Source: a virus
Length of the DNA stretch: 64,000 nucleotides
Strand: one strand, 5' to 3'
IMG/VR virus record: IMGVR_UViG_3300035696_000038
Location: 5,616 to 69,615 of that record
Shown: positions 17,569 through 26,991 of the stretch, piece by piece
Layout of the letters: the number at the start of each line of letters is the position of its first letter
How positions within the stretch are numbered: the first letter of the stretch is position 1
Program-made: the position numbers and the translations under genes
The notes under the pieces: model-generated
What the model was told of the DNA's origin: nothing
Database searches by the model: none
The model's input: only the letters and a program-made list of their open reading frames with translations

Positions 17569-18026
17569 ATGGGAAAGATCAAAATGCCGTGGAATATGGA
17601 CGAAGACAAGCTGCTCTGCCTGATGGCGCTGAACGACGGCGTGGCCCTGAAACTGAGTTCGCAGGCCGGAAAGCATATTGGCGGGGATTTATTTTGGAGA
17701 ACCGCACCACCCGCGCCGTGCACGCCCTGTTCCGGTTCAAATATAAGAACGGCAACCGGAATTGGTTCAGTATGCAACCCAAGCAGAAGGGCGACCGGGA
17801 AACGACGATGCACGCGCTGCGCTGCAGCCTGGAAGACAATATCAAGCTGGCCATGAAAGTTTTTGGCATTCCACCCGAAGTTGCTGCCCAGGCGATTGAA
17901 TGCTTTTATCCGCCTGACGACGAGGGAGATCCTGGAAAGACCGTTATTTGGCTGGAGCAGCGCAACTTGATTGAAATCCATGTACAACCCGAGGAAGCAG
18001 AAGATGATCGAAAAAGTAACCTATGA
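17569..18026 (+). pseudogene. Frameshifted paralog of 52864-53367 immediately upstream of the Cas12 gene
   Basis: The N-part KLLCLMALND..SSQAGK and the C-part AYWRGFILEN...PPDDEGD..WLEQRNLI lie in different frames, switching at GGAAAGCA (~17668-17675). Both align to the intact paralog. Confidence 0.7.
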
Positions 18027-20295
18027 CGGCGCGACCGTGCGCGTCCACCTGGCTTCGATTTCATTGAAGGCAACCAAGGCGTTTACCCACGGCAGCTTCA
18101 TCTTCGACAAAGAGACGCAGCGGCTGACCATGGGCCAACTGGCTCCGGTGCCCATACCAGCCGAGTTGGAGCTGAGCGAAGGCGCACAGCTCAACTTTCA
18201 ACTGGTGGCGCCCGACGGCGCCCTGCGCAAACAAACCCGCTGTGGCGTGCTCAAAGCAAATGAGAAACAACCATCGATCTTGCGTATCGCCGGCATGGCC
18301 AAGACGGCGCGACGCTACCCCGCCGAAGAAGGCTGGCGCAACGAAATCTATAAATACCGCGCCTGCTTTGCCCACGAGGGTCTGAAGACCGACGCCGTGC
18401 TGGGTGAGCCTCTCAACTTGCCCGAATGGCTCAAGGGTTGCGTTGCGCGGCAAAAAGCGCTGTGGAACCGCCTGGCCTGGCTTTGCCGCGATGCGCGGCG
18501 TAAATGCTCCCCGGCGCCGACCGAGGCGATTGCGGAGCTTGTTAAAGGCACGATTTTGCCCATGATCGATGCCTTCAATTTCAACCTTGGCCGCGCCAGA
18601 GCCAAGGAGAAGATGCGCCACCCGGCCAAGCTGAAAGTGGAGATGCCGGGGCTGGACGGAGTTTGGAGCTTTATTGGAGAACTGCGCCATAGAATCGAAA
18701 AGGGCCAAGCCGTGCCGGAAAAACTGCTTGAAGAGGTGGTGGCCTTTGCCGAACAATACAAGGCCGAGTACACGCCAATCAACGAGTTTCTGAACAACTT
18801 TGCCGCCATTGCCGAGAGAGAAGCTAGGGCGCTGGGGCTGCGGCACTTTGAGGTGCGTCCCACCGTGAGCGCCTTCAAAGCCGTGCTGGACCGGCGCAAG
18901 ACCACCAACGCGCCATGGTCGGAGGGTTGGCCCTTGATCAAGTATCCAGACCGGCCAAAAGCCGCCGATTGGGGTGTTTACTTCTACTTCAACAAGGCGG
19001 GCGTGGACGCGAGCCTGCTGGAGACGGGACCCGGCGTGCCCGGCTTGCGCTTTTCGCCGCCGGTACCGCCCGAAAAGACCGGACACAAAGGCATGACGGG
19101 CGCGGCGGCCAAACGCGCGCTGCGCGAAGCGGAAATTTCAATTACCGGAGACGACGGTGAGAAAGGCGAACGATGGTCGCTGCGCTTTGGCGTCCTTCAG
19201 CATCGTCCGCTGCCGCCAAACTCGCACATCAAGGAATGGAAACTCCTGTTTCAGAACGATGCCCTGTGGCTTTGCCTGGTGGTTGAGCTGCAACGGCCCC
19301 CAGCCACACGTACCCCGCAAACGGCTGGCTTGGATATTGGCTGGCGGCGCACGGAAGACGGCATCCGCTTTGGCACCCTGTATGAATCCGCCACCAAGAC
19401 CGTGCGGGAATTGACGCTCGACCTGACACGATCACCCGGAGACCACAAGAACCGCGTGCCCTTCCGGATCGACTTGGGGCCCGATAGCTGGACGCGTACG
19501 GTTTTTGCTCAACTGGAACGCGGCGAGACCGAGAACCCGCGCCGCGGCCCCTGGGACAGCACCGTGCTTTGGCGTGCCTATAAGGACTGGAAGCCGAAGG
19601 ACGGAATCCCCGGCATTTTGGAGATTCGCACCACGCTACAGGCCCGTAACGACTACCTGAAGGAGACCGCCAAGATTTTGCTGCGCAAGCACCTGGGGGA
19701 CAAGACTCCGGCCTGGCTCGAAAAAGCTGGCCGCAGGGGTTTGTTCAAGATGCAGACAGAGTTTTTGGAAGACGCGCGGGTGCAGGAGATTTTGACCCCA
19801 TGGCGCGAAGAAGACGGCAGGATTGCCCGCTTTCTAGCGGTGTTTGCCGCCAACGCAGCCCGGCGCATTGAATACGGCCAAGCGCAAGTGGCGCACGACA
19901 TCTGCCGGTACCTTGTACAGAAAAACGTGAAGGTGCTGGTGGTTGAAAAGAACTTTCTAAGCAAGCTGGCGCAGCACCACGACAACGAAGACCCAGTGAG
20001 CTTGAAGCGCAGCCAGAAGTACCGCCAGTTTGCGGCGGCGGGAAGATTTGTGACCATCGTGAAGAACACGACTGTAAAGTATGGGATCGTGGTTGACGAG
20101 ATCGATGCAGCCAACACCACACGTATGTGCCACTATTGCGATTTTTTGAACCCGTCGACGGAGAAGGAATGCTACAACTGCGGGGGTTGCGGCCGACAAG
20201 TGAAACAGGATGAAAACTCGGGGATCAATCTGGTGCGGTTTGCGGCAGACCCGGAACTGGCAAAGAAAGCGCAGGAGGGGGGACGCGAAGCCTAG
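18004..20295 (+). CDS. cas12: Type V CRISPR effector (TnpB/Cas12 family, Cas12m/V-U1-like), ~763 aa
   Basis: WED/REC start IYKYRA...KALWNRL; RuvC-I TAGLDIGWRRTEDGIRFG; RuvC-II VLVVEK; Zn finger TTRMCHYC...CGGC; RuvC-III QDENSGINL; abuts cas4. Alternative starts at 17971 and 17980. Confidence 0.85.
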   Translation: MIEKVTYDGATVRVHLASISLKATKAFTHGSFIFDKETQRLTMGQLAPVPIPAELELSEGAQLNFQLVAPDGALRKQTRCGVLKANEKQPSILRIAGMAKTARRYPAEEGWRNEIYKYRACFAHEGLKTDAVLGEPLNLPEWLKGCVARQKALWNRLAWLCRDARRKCSPAPTEAIAELVKGTILPMIDAFNFNLGRARAKEKMRHPAKLKVEMPGLDGVWSFIGELRHRIEKGQAVPEKLLEEVVAFAEQYKAEYTPINEFLNNFAAIAEREARALGLRHFEVRPTVSAFKAVLDRRKTTNAPWSEGWPLIKYPDRPKAADWGVYFYFNKAGVDASLLETGPGVPGLRFSPPVPPEKTGHKGMTGAAAKRALREAEISITGDDGEKGERWSLRFGVLQHRPLPPNSHIKEWKLLFQNDALWLCLVVELQRPPATRTPQTAGLDIGWRRTEDGIRFGTLYESATKTVRELTLDLTRSPGDHKNRVPFRIDLGPDSWTRTVFAQLERGETENPRRGPWDSTVLWRAYKDWKPKDGIPGILEIRTTLQARNDYLKETAKILLRKHLGDKTPAWLEKAGRRGLFKMQTEFLEDARVQEILTPWREEDGRIARFLAVFAANAARRIEYGQAQVAHDICRYLVQKNVKVLVVEKNFLSKLAQHHDNEDPVSLKRSQKYRQFAAAGRFVTIVKNTTVKYGIVVDEIDAANTTRMCHYCDFLNPSTEKECYNCGGCGRQVKQDENSGINLVRFAADPELAKKAQEGGREA

Positions 20296-20931
20296 ATGGA
20301 AGAAGATGATTTTGTCTCAATTTCCGCCTTGCAGCACTACAGCTATTGCCCTCGCCAATGCGGTCTGATCCATGCCGAACAGAGCTTTGCGGAGAATGTC
20401 TACACGGCGAGGGGTAATGCGGTTCATCGTAAAGCCGATTTTAGTGGCTATGAGCTGCGAGTTGGACTCCGCATGGAGCGCGCTCTGCCGTTGGCAAGCC
20501 AAAAATTGGGGCTGATTGGAAGAGCCGATATCGTTGAATTCTCTTCAGACAGATCGGCTTATCCGGTGGAATACAAGCACGGACTGCGCCGACAGCAAAA
20601 CCATGACGACATCCAATTGGCCGCTCAAGCTCTATGCCTGGAGGAAATGACAGGTCTCTCCGTACCGTTTGGTGCAATCTATCACGCGAGCAGCCGCCGT
20701 CGGCGCGAGGTGGAAATCACAGACGCACTTCGCGTGGAAGTTGTCGAAACAACACAAGCAATTCGCGTCATGATCCAGACGGGATGGTTGCCGCCGCCCG
20801 CCAATGACGCGCGTTGTCCCCAATGTTCCCTGATCGGTCTTTGCCAGCCACAGGCGCTCGCGGAGCGTTCGAGACGGAGAACTATGCAAACGAATCTCTT
20901 TATTGTGGAGGATGAATGCGGCCCTTATTGA
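20296..20931 (+). CDS. cas4: CRISPR-associated exonuclease Cas4 (I-C-like)
   Basis: ISALQHYSYCPRQ, GRADIVE, PVEYKHG, QLAAQALCLEEM, CPQCSLIGLC. Confidence 0.96.
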   Translation: MEEDDFVSISALQHYSYCPRQCGLIHAEQSFAENVYTARGNAVHRKADFSGYELRVGLRMERALPLASQKLGLIGRADIVEFSSDRSAYPVEYKHGLRRQQNHDDIQLAAQALCLEEMTGLSVPFGAIYHASSRRRREVEITDALRVEVVETTQAIRVMIQTGWLPPPANDARCPQCSLIGLCQPQALAERSRRRTMQTNLFIVEDECGPY

Positions 20932-21956
20932 ACACGCTCTACATTACACTGCGCGGCTACCTGCACCTCGAAAACGACACACTTCGTTTTGAAGTAGAAC
21001 ACGAAACCAAGTTGCGTGTGCCCTTGCATCACCTTGGATGCGTGGTGTGCTTTGGCGATGTAATGGTTTCGCCGGCAGCTATGGCTCGATTGGCGAAAGA
21101 AGGCAAATCGCTTGTCTTTCTCGATATGAATGGCCGTTTTAAGGCGAGGGTTGAAGGGCCGATCAACGGAAATATCCTGCTGCGCAAGGCGCAGTTCGCC
21201 CGTGCGGATTCGCCAGAGTTTGCCTTGGCGCACGCCAAGGCGTGCATTGCTGGGAAGTTGAGAAACAGCCGTTCCGTTTTGCTGCGCAGCGCCCGCAATG
21301 CAGATGAAAGAGAAGATACCGACAACTTGCGAAAGGCCGCAGCTAGCTTGGTTGTAAACTTGCGCTCCTTGGAGAGCGCACTCACGCTCGATGCTGTGCG
21401 TGGATTGGAAGGTGAATCGGCGAGACGCTATTTTTCTGCGTTTGGTTGCATGATCCGCAAAGACCTGCGCGCGCAATTCGCACCCGACGGACGGAGCCGT
21501 CGACCGCCGCGCGACCGAATGAACGCGCTTCTTTCGTTTCTTTACAGCATGTTGGCTAACGATTGCCGCAGCGCGCTTGAAACCGTCGGGCTCGATCCGC
21601 AACTTGGCTATCTGCACGCCGTGCGGCCCGGACGCGCGTCGCTCGCTCTTGACTTGATGGAGGAGTTTCGGGCAATTTTCGCAGATCGCTTGGCAGTGAC
21701 GCTTGTCAATCGCAAACAGATTCAATACGACGATTTTGAAGAACGGCCAGGAGGAGGAATTGAGTTGCGGGAGGCCGCTCGAAAAACGCTTATTTTCGCC
21801 TTCCAAGAACGCAAGAAGGAGATCGCTTACCACCCATTGTTGGACCAAAAACTAGCTCTTGGCTTGCTTCCACAAATTCAGTCCAGATTTCTCACTCGCG
21901 TAATTCGTGGCGAAGCCGAGCACTACCTGCCCTTTTTGGAGGACCGACCGTGCTGA
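20916..21956 (+). CDS. cas1: CRISPR-associated integrase Cas1 (type I-C-like)
   Basis: [64 protein letters not shown]. Confidence 0.97.
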   Translation: MRPLLNTLYITLRGYLHLENDTLRFEVEHETKLRVPLHHLGCVVCFGDVMVSPAAMARLAKEGKSLVFLDMNGRFKARVEGPINGNILLRKAQFARADSPEFALAHAKACIAGKLRNSRSVLLRSARNADEREDTDNLRKAAASLVVNLRSLESALTLDAVRGLEGESARRYFSAFGCMIRKDLRAQFAPDGRSRRPPRDRMNALLSFLYSMLANDCRSALETVGLDPQLGYLHAVRPGRASLALDLMEEFRAIFADRLAVTLVNRKQIQYDDFEERPGGGIELREAARKTLIFAFQERKKEIAYHPLLDQKLALGLLPQIQSRFLTRVIRGEAEHYLPFLEDRPC

Positions 21957-22240
21957 TCTTGGTTTGTTACGACGTGGCAACGGATACGCACGACGGCAGA
22001 AACCGGCTGCGCAGAGTGGCTAAAGCCTGCGAGGCGGTTGGACAACGAGTGCAGCGGTCAGTGTTCGAATGCCGAGTGAATCAGATGGAGCGTGAAGAGT
22101 TGGAACGGAATCTTCTGGAAATCATTGATCCGTTGGAGGATTGCCTACGGTTCTACCGCATCACCGAACCCTCTGGTCAGCACGTCAAAGAATACGGTAC
22201 ATTTACAGCCGTGGATTTTGACGGGGTACTCGTAATTTGA
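21950..22240 (+). CDS. cas2: CRISPR-associated endoribonuclease Cas2
   Basis: MLILVCYDV...[21 protein letters not shown]...DCLRFY. Confidence 0.97.
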   Translation: MLILVCYDVATDTHDGRNRLRRVAKACEAVGQRVQRSVFECRVNQMEREELERNLLEIIDPLEDCLRFYRITEPSGQHVKEYGTFTAVDFDGVLVI

Positions 22241-22425
22241 GGCGTGCTGCGCTAACCCCAAGTGAACATGAAAATGCCGGGGGGTTAGTAGGCACGGTAA
22301 CAGCTTGATTTTATGGAGTATAGGCCGTAGTATGAGTTCATTGCGCCTGTTCGAGCCTGTGGAAAAGTCGAGGTTAGCGCAAAATGCCCCTGGCGCGTTG
22401 ACACGAAAGAGCTTTTGGCGGTGGC
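22241..22425 (+). promoter_or_regulatory. CRISPR leader
   Basis: Non-coding gap between cas2 and the first repeat with inverted GCGCTAACC...GGTTAGCGC boxes, as typically seen in I-C-type leaders. Confidence 0.75.
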
Positions 22426-23461
22426 GGCGCAACGCAGTTCCAGTGCACCCCATGGGTGCAACTTATTGGAGGATTCAAGAATCGCCTGGGCGATGGGGCG
22501 CAACGCAGTTCCAGTGCACCCCATGGGTGCAACCGCCGGCCGCCGCATACAGGCTTCTTTACCGCAAGGCGCAACGCAGTTCCAGTGCACCCCATGGGTG
22601 CAACGTCCTGGTCGTACATCTTCCCGCACTTCTCACACGGCGCAACGCAGTTCCAGTGCACCCCATGGGTGCAACTTCTTTTGGTTCCAGCATCATCCTT
22701 CCCGAGCATCGGCGCAACGCAGTTCCAGTGCACCCCATGGGTGCAACGCTGCGCTGGCGGCGTTGTTCACTGGTGTTGACCGGCGCAACGCAGTTCCAGT
22801 GCACCCCATGGGTGCAACTTTGCAACGCTCGCGACTGCGACCGCGCAGACTCGGCGCAACGCAGTTCCAGTGCACCCCATGGGTGCAACTTTGGCATGCT
22901 GTGGACGCATAGCACTTTAGGGCCGAGGCGCAACGCAGTTCCAGTGCACCCCATGGGTGCAACTTTGTGGAATGCCTCGCTGATCTCGAGCGGAAGATGG
23001 CGCAACGCAGTTTCAGTGCACCCCATGGGTGCAACTGGCGTCCGTTTAGCCACTCTTGAAACTCGGAGGCGCAACGCAGTTTCAGTGCACCCCATGGGTG
23101 CAACCTCTTGCTCGACCGCAACAAGCGCGCCGGCACAAGGCGCAACGCAGTTTCAGTGCACCCCATGGGTGCAACTTATGCTGCGCGCACAGCCACTCGA
23201 TGACGCGCTGGCGCAACGCAGTTTCAGTGCACCCCATGGGTGCAACCGTTAGAAGGTGAATATCGAAAATGGACAAAAACGGCGCAACGCAGTTTGAGTG
23301 CATCCTCTGGATGCAACTTTCGACAGCTTGTTTGCTCTCGCCTTCCCGCCGCGGCGCAACGGGATTTGAGTGCATCCTCTGGATGCAACTGTTGTTCAGA
23401 CCGATCTGATGATGATTGTTTCTGGTCGCAACGCAGTTTGAGTGCACCCCCGGTGGGATCT
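22426..23461 (+). CRISPR. Main CRISPR array: 15 repeats of 37 bp and 14 spacers of 32-37 bp
   Basis: Consensus GGCGCAACGCAGTTCCAGTGCACCCCATGGGTGCAAC. R9-12 carry TTTCAG; R13-14 have stem TGCATCC-TCT-GGATGCA; R15 is degenerate. Confidence 0.98.
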
Positions 23462-23637
23462 CACCAAGCACGCACCCCCGACCAATTCATCGCCAATCGG
23501 TCGCAAATTACGCAAAATGGCCAGGAATTTTTCGAATGGTTTGCGGAATTGTTTTGATTTATCGCGATTAACCGAGTAATAAACACAATGAACGCTGTTT
23601 AGCCACGATTTTTTAAGAATTTATCCCAAGGCCAGAA

Positions 23638-23820
23638 TCAAACCGCCTTCTTCGGCCTGCCGCCGTTGTAAGAATCGCGAGGGTGGCTCTTGGCCGCCAG
23701 CTTGGAAAAATACTGCGTGCCCCTTTTACGCACCAATTTTTCACCGGCCAGTTTGGCAATCTTTGAATAAAATTCCGGGTCTGCCTTGCTGAGCTTCTCG
23801 CCTTGCTTCACCTTTGCCAT
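23638..23820 (-). CDS. Small basic protein
   Basis: 60 aa with repeated FYSKIAK / YFSKLAA and a GGRPKK tail. Confidence 0.6.
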   Translation of the reverse strand: MAKVKQGEKLSKADPEFYSKIAKLAGEKLVRKRGTQYFSKLAAKSHPRDSYNGGRPKKAV

Positions 23821-23974
23821 AAGCGCAGTATGCGAAAAATTCCAGGTTCCGTCTACACCAATTTTCTGCGCGCGCCAAACCGCGCATCAAACCTGAGCGG
23901 CGGAATTTTTACCGTAGACAGAAAAACAAAATTGAATTATTGGTGAGTCACCGAGGAGCGCATCGGAGGCGCTC

Positions 23975-25093
23975 ATGACCGAAGAGATTGAAATGGTGGC
24001 TCACACTACCGCGGACTTTTTTCACTCGCCGGAATTCAAGGAAGCCTACGCGGCGTTTGTTGAGGCTCAGGCGGAATTTACGCCCGTGCCAAAAAACAAA
24101 ACAGCCAAAGTCAAAGGCCGCACGAAAACCGGCACCGATTACGAGTACAGCTACAAGTACGCCGACCTGGCCGACGTGCTGGCCATGGCGTTGCCCGTGC
24201 TGACCCGGCACGGCCTGGGCCTGCTGCAACCAAACCTGATGGTGGATGGAAGGCTGAGAGTGTGTACGCGGCTACTGCACAAATCTGGCCAGTGGCTGCA
24301 ATCCTATGGGCTGATGCTGCCGGAAAACATGGCTCCCCAGGAGTTTGGCAGCATCTCAACCTATTGGCGCCGCTACGACGTGTGCAGCCTGCTGGGCATT
24401 GCCGCCGACGAAGACGTTGACGCGCAGGGAACCGGACAAGGGACCGGACAGAAAACCGGAGAGGGACGCGCCCCAGCGGCCCAGAGCCGCGCAGTGCGCC
24501 AGCCCGCCGCCGCGAATGCGCCAACAGCGCCAACGCTTTCCGCCGGAGAGCAGTTGCTGGCCCGGCGCGACGAGATGGTGGAGAAACTTACCGCGCTCGT
24601 CCCGGACCGGAAAGAACTCGGCCATCGCGCCAAACTGATGTTCCCCGAACACAAGACCACAAAAACCCTGACCGTGATCGATCTTGAAAACCTCTACGAG
24701 ACTCTGCTGCGGGAAAAAGCCGACGAAGAACGCCTCGAAGAACCAAAACTGGCTGCGCCAACGCCCACCAAAGAACCCGCAAAACCAGCACCGGAGCCGC
24801 GGACGGGGTTCCCCGCGGATATTCCGGCCGATGTGGCGGCCATGTTCGACGAAGGAAAACTGACCACCGCGGGGCAGCTACGCGGACGCACCATTGGGAA
24901 AGGCCTGGCGCAGCGGCTGCACAAACTCATCGGCATCCACAAAATCCATACCGAAGAGGAATTGATGGAAGTGTATCTGAAACCGTCGGGACTGGAGCAC
25001 GTTTCAGACTTGCCCTACGACTTGTACGACACGCTGTGCGCCTGGGCCGAGGGAAAGCTCGAAGAAGGTACCTCGGGCGACGGCGCGGAATAA
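23975..25093 (+). CDS. ERF-family single-strand annealing protein
   Basis: YSYKYADLADVL, TRLLHKSGQW, PQEFGSISTYWRRY..GIAADEDVDA. Confidence 0.88.
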   Translation: MTEEIEMVAHTTADFFHSPEFKEAYAAFVEAQAEFTPVPKNKTAKVKGRTKTGTDYEYSYKYADLADVLAMALPVLTRHGLGLLQPNLMVDGRLRVCTRLLHKSGQWLQSYGLMLPENMAPQEFGSISTYWRRYDVCSLLGIAADEDVDAQGTGQGTGQKTGEGRAPAAQSRAVRQPAAANAPTAPTLSAGEQLLARRDEMVEKLTALVPDRKELGHRAKLMFPEHKTTKTLTVIDLENLYETLLREKADEERLEEPKLAAPTPTKEPAKPAPEPRTGFPADIPADVAAMFDEGKLTTAGQLRGRTIGKGLAQRLHKLIGIHKIHTEEELMEVYLKPSGLEHVSDLPYDLYDTLCAWAEGKLEEGTSGDGAE

Positions 25094-25210
25094 GTGGCGG
25101 GAGATGTAAGCGCAAATGTGCGCGCATTGGAAACGCCATTGCTCAAAAGGGTTACGAGGTTTTGATTTATCATTCATGGGTTACCGAAAACCGTACCGAG
25201 GAGACAACTT

Positions 25211-25534
25211 ATGAAAATGATGGATCAGTCCGCGGCCTTTCCGAGAAAAGTCAACTTCGACCAGTACCTGCCTTTGGTGGAGGCGGCGCTGAACGCCGCC
25301 AAGGGCGTGGACGGCTTGCCCAGGGTGGTGATTGAGGGCTACGAGAACAGCAAACTGGCCGTCCGCGCGGCAAACGCGATTCGCAACCACGTGAAGCAGA
25401 ACGGCCCGGAACTGCGAGTCTCGTGCCCGGAGAACGGCAAGAGCGTTTACGTGGTAAAGGGCAAACCGCGCGCAAGGAGACCGAATGCGCCCAAGCAGAC
25501 AGTATCCTCAGCAGACAACGGGACAGAAGCTTGA
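25211..25534 (+). CDS. Hypothetical protein
   Basis: GAGGAG RBS; 107 aa. Confidence 0.65.
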   Translation: MKMMDQSAAFPRKVNFDQYLPLVEAALNAAKGVDGLPRVVIEGYENSKLAVRAANAIRNHVKQNGPELRVSCPENGKSVYVVKGKPRARRPNAPKQTVSSADNGTEA

Positions 25535-26162
25535 AATTCCAGGCGGCTGGTTTGAGCCCGAAGGACACATCTACCGTGACGCGCAGGGACAGAGGGTACT
25601 GAGCGTCACGCAGATATTCCAGATGCTGGGGCTGGTGAACTACGACGACGTGGATGCGGACACGCTAAAGCGCAAGTCGGAGATTGGGATTGCAGTGCAT
25701 AAGGCGGTTGAACTGCTGCTCGAAAACAATCTGGACTGGGACACGGTGGACGACGCCGCCATGGCCTACGTGGTAGGCACGGAACTCTGGTTCCGCGATA
25801 TGCGCTTTGAGTTGCTGGGCTGCGAACAGCAGGGCATCCACAGCATCTATGGCATCAGATACGGCTACCAGTATGACCAGCTTGGCCGCATCGTTTACCA
25901 GAACCAGTGGCGGCTCGTGGTGGTGGATCTGAAGACGGCGGTGGCGAAAAGCCCGACCTGGGCATTGCAAACCGCCGCCTACGCGCTGGCCGCGCCTGCG
26001 TTGCCAGCGGGCGAACACTACCTGCGCGTGGTGCTGCACCTGCAAAAGGACGGTCGGGTGAAGCCGCTTTACTACAATGATCCGCAGGACGAAAAGACGT
26101 TTTTGTATATGGCTTATAGTGCAATATGGAAGGCTAATCACGGGTACCCGCTGGCGGCGTAA
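25485..26162 (+). CDS. PD-(D/E)xK exonuclease (partner of ERF)
   Basis: H.Y....LSVTQI, G.AVHKAVE, VVDLKT, LQTAAY; start uncertain. Confidence 0.8.
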   Translation: MRPSRQYPQQTTGQKLEIPGGWFEPEGHIYRDAQGQRVLSVTQIFQMLGLVNYDDVDADTLKRKSEIGIAVHKAVELLLENNLDWDTVDDAAMAYVVGTELWFRDMRFELLGCEQQGIHSIYGIRYGYQYDQLGRIVYQNQWRLVVVDLKTAVAKSPTWALQTAAYALAAPALPAGEHYLRVVLHLQKDGRVKPLYYNDPQDEKTFLYMAYSAIWKANHGYPLAA

Positions 26163-26174
26163 GGAGAACAGAAA

Positions 26175-26471
26175 ATGGCAGAGAAAAGCGAGTTGGAACG
26201 CTATATGGCGGCGGCGCACGCCATGCAGTCGGGCGTGGCCGCGGCGATGAACGTTAACGACCAATCACTGGAAACCAGCCCCAAACACCTGCGCGTGGGA
26301 GTCAACTCCGCGATGTGCGACCACGCCGCGCTGGTGCGGCTGCTGATTGCAAAAGGACTGTTTACCGAGGCTGAATACAACAAGGAAATTGCCGACGAGA
26401 TGGAACGGGAGAAGGCGCGTTACGAGCGCGAACTCTCCGAGCATTACGGTAAGCCGATCACGCTGGCGTGA
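26175..26471 (+). CDS. Conserved hypothetical phage protein
   Basis: AAGGAG RBS; AHAMQSGVA...TSPKHLRVGVNSA. Confidence 0.75.
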   Translation: MAEKSELERYMAAAHAMQSGVAAAMNVNDQSLETSPKHLRVGVNSAMCDHAALVRLLIAKGLFTEAEYNKEIADEMEREKARYERELSEHYGKPITLA

Positions 26472-26478
26472 GACCGCA

Positions 26479-26949
26479 ATGAAAGTTGTTTTTCTCGATT
26501 TCGACGGGCCGATTATTCCCGAGCAGTCGCACCTGGAACGCCGCCCGCTGAAGCAAAAGGCTTGGCCCCCGGCGATCACCGCGCTGAACCGGATTACCAG
26601 AACCACCGGGGCCAAGATTGTGGTGAGCAGCACATGGCGGCTGGCTGGCTTTGAAGACGTGCGCCGTCATCTGAGAAACTGGGGCGCGAGCGGAGATGTC
26701 ATTGGGATTACGCCCTGTGGCATGGAAGAAGAAGGAAAAGAGGCGTGGTCGGCAACGCGGGGCCAGGAGATTGCGGCGTGGCTTGCAGAGCACCCAGAGG
26801 TTGAGTCGTTTGTCATTCTTGACGACGACCGCGACATGGAGCACCTGATGCCGTTTCTTGTTCACACTCCCTTTGTGGTGGGATTGACGGAAAGCACCGC
26901 AGACCGAGCAATCGAGGTATTGAAGCAGGGAAACACACGGGATAGGTAA
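26479..26949 (+). CDS. HAD-superfamily phosphatase (RNA-repair-associated HAD type)
   Basis: VFLDFDGPI, IVVSSTWR, RGQEIAAWL, FVILDDD. Confidence 0.85.
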   Translation: MKVVFLDFDGPIIPEQSHLERRPLKQKAWPPAITALNRITRTTGAKIVVSSTWRLAGFEDVRRHLRNWGASGDVIGITPCGMEEEGKEAWSATRGQEIAAWLAEHPEVESFVILDDDRDMEHLMPFLVHTPFVVGLTESTADRAIEVLKQGNTRDR

Positions 26950-26991
26950 TGGCTACCCGACGAAACACACCGAGGGGAAAGCGATGACAAC

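Noticed and set aside
18004-20295. IS200/IS605 TnpB transposon gene
   Set aside because: Far longer than TnpB, with no tnpA or IS ends visible, and directly fused into a cas4-cas1-cas2-array operon.
20296-22240. Type I-C CRISPR-Cas system
   Set aside because: Only the adaptation genes are I-C-like. No cas3, cas5, cas7 or cas8 is present in the window, and the 37-bp repeat with a 3' hairpin differs from typical I-C repeats.
22285-23557. Long ORFs on both strands with repeated RRNAVPVHPMGAT / LHPWGALELRC peptides
   Set aside because: These are translations of the CRISPR repeats, not genes. The same applies to ORFs over 45974-46277, 48264-48548 and 53279-53985.
22241-23640. tracrRNA / anti-repeat near the cas operon
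   Set aside because: No anti-repeat was seen in the leader or downstream gap, and cas12 abuts cas4. The minus-strand repeat copies at 46-48 kb are regularly spaced arrays, not tracrRNAs.
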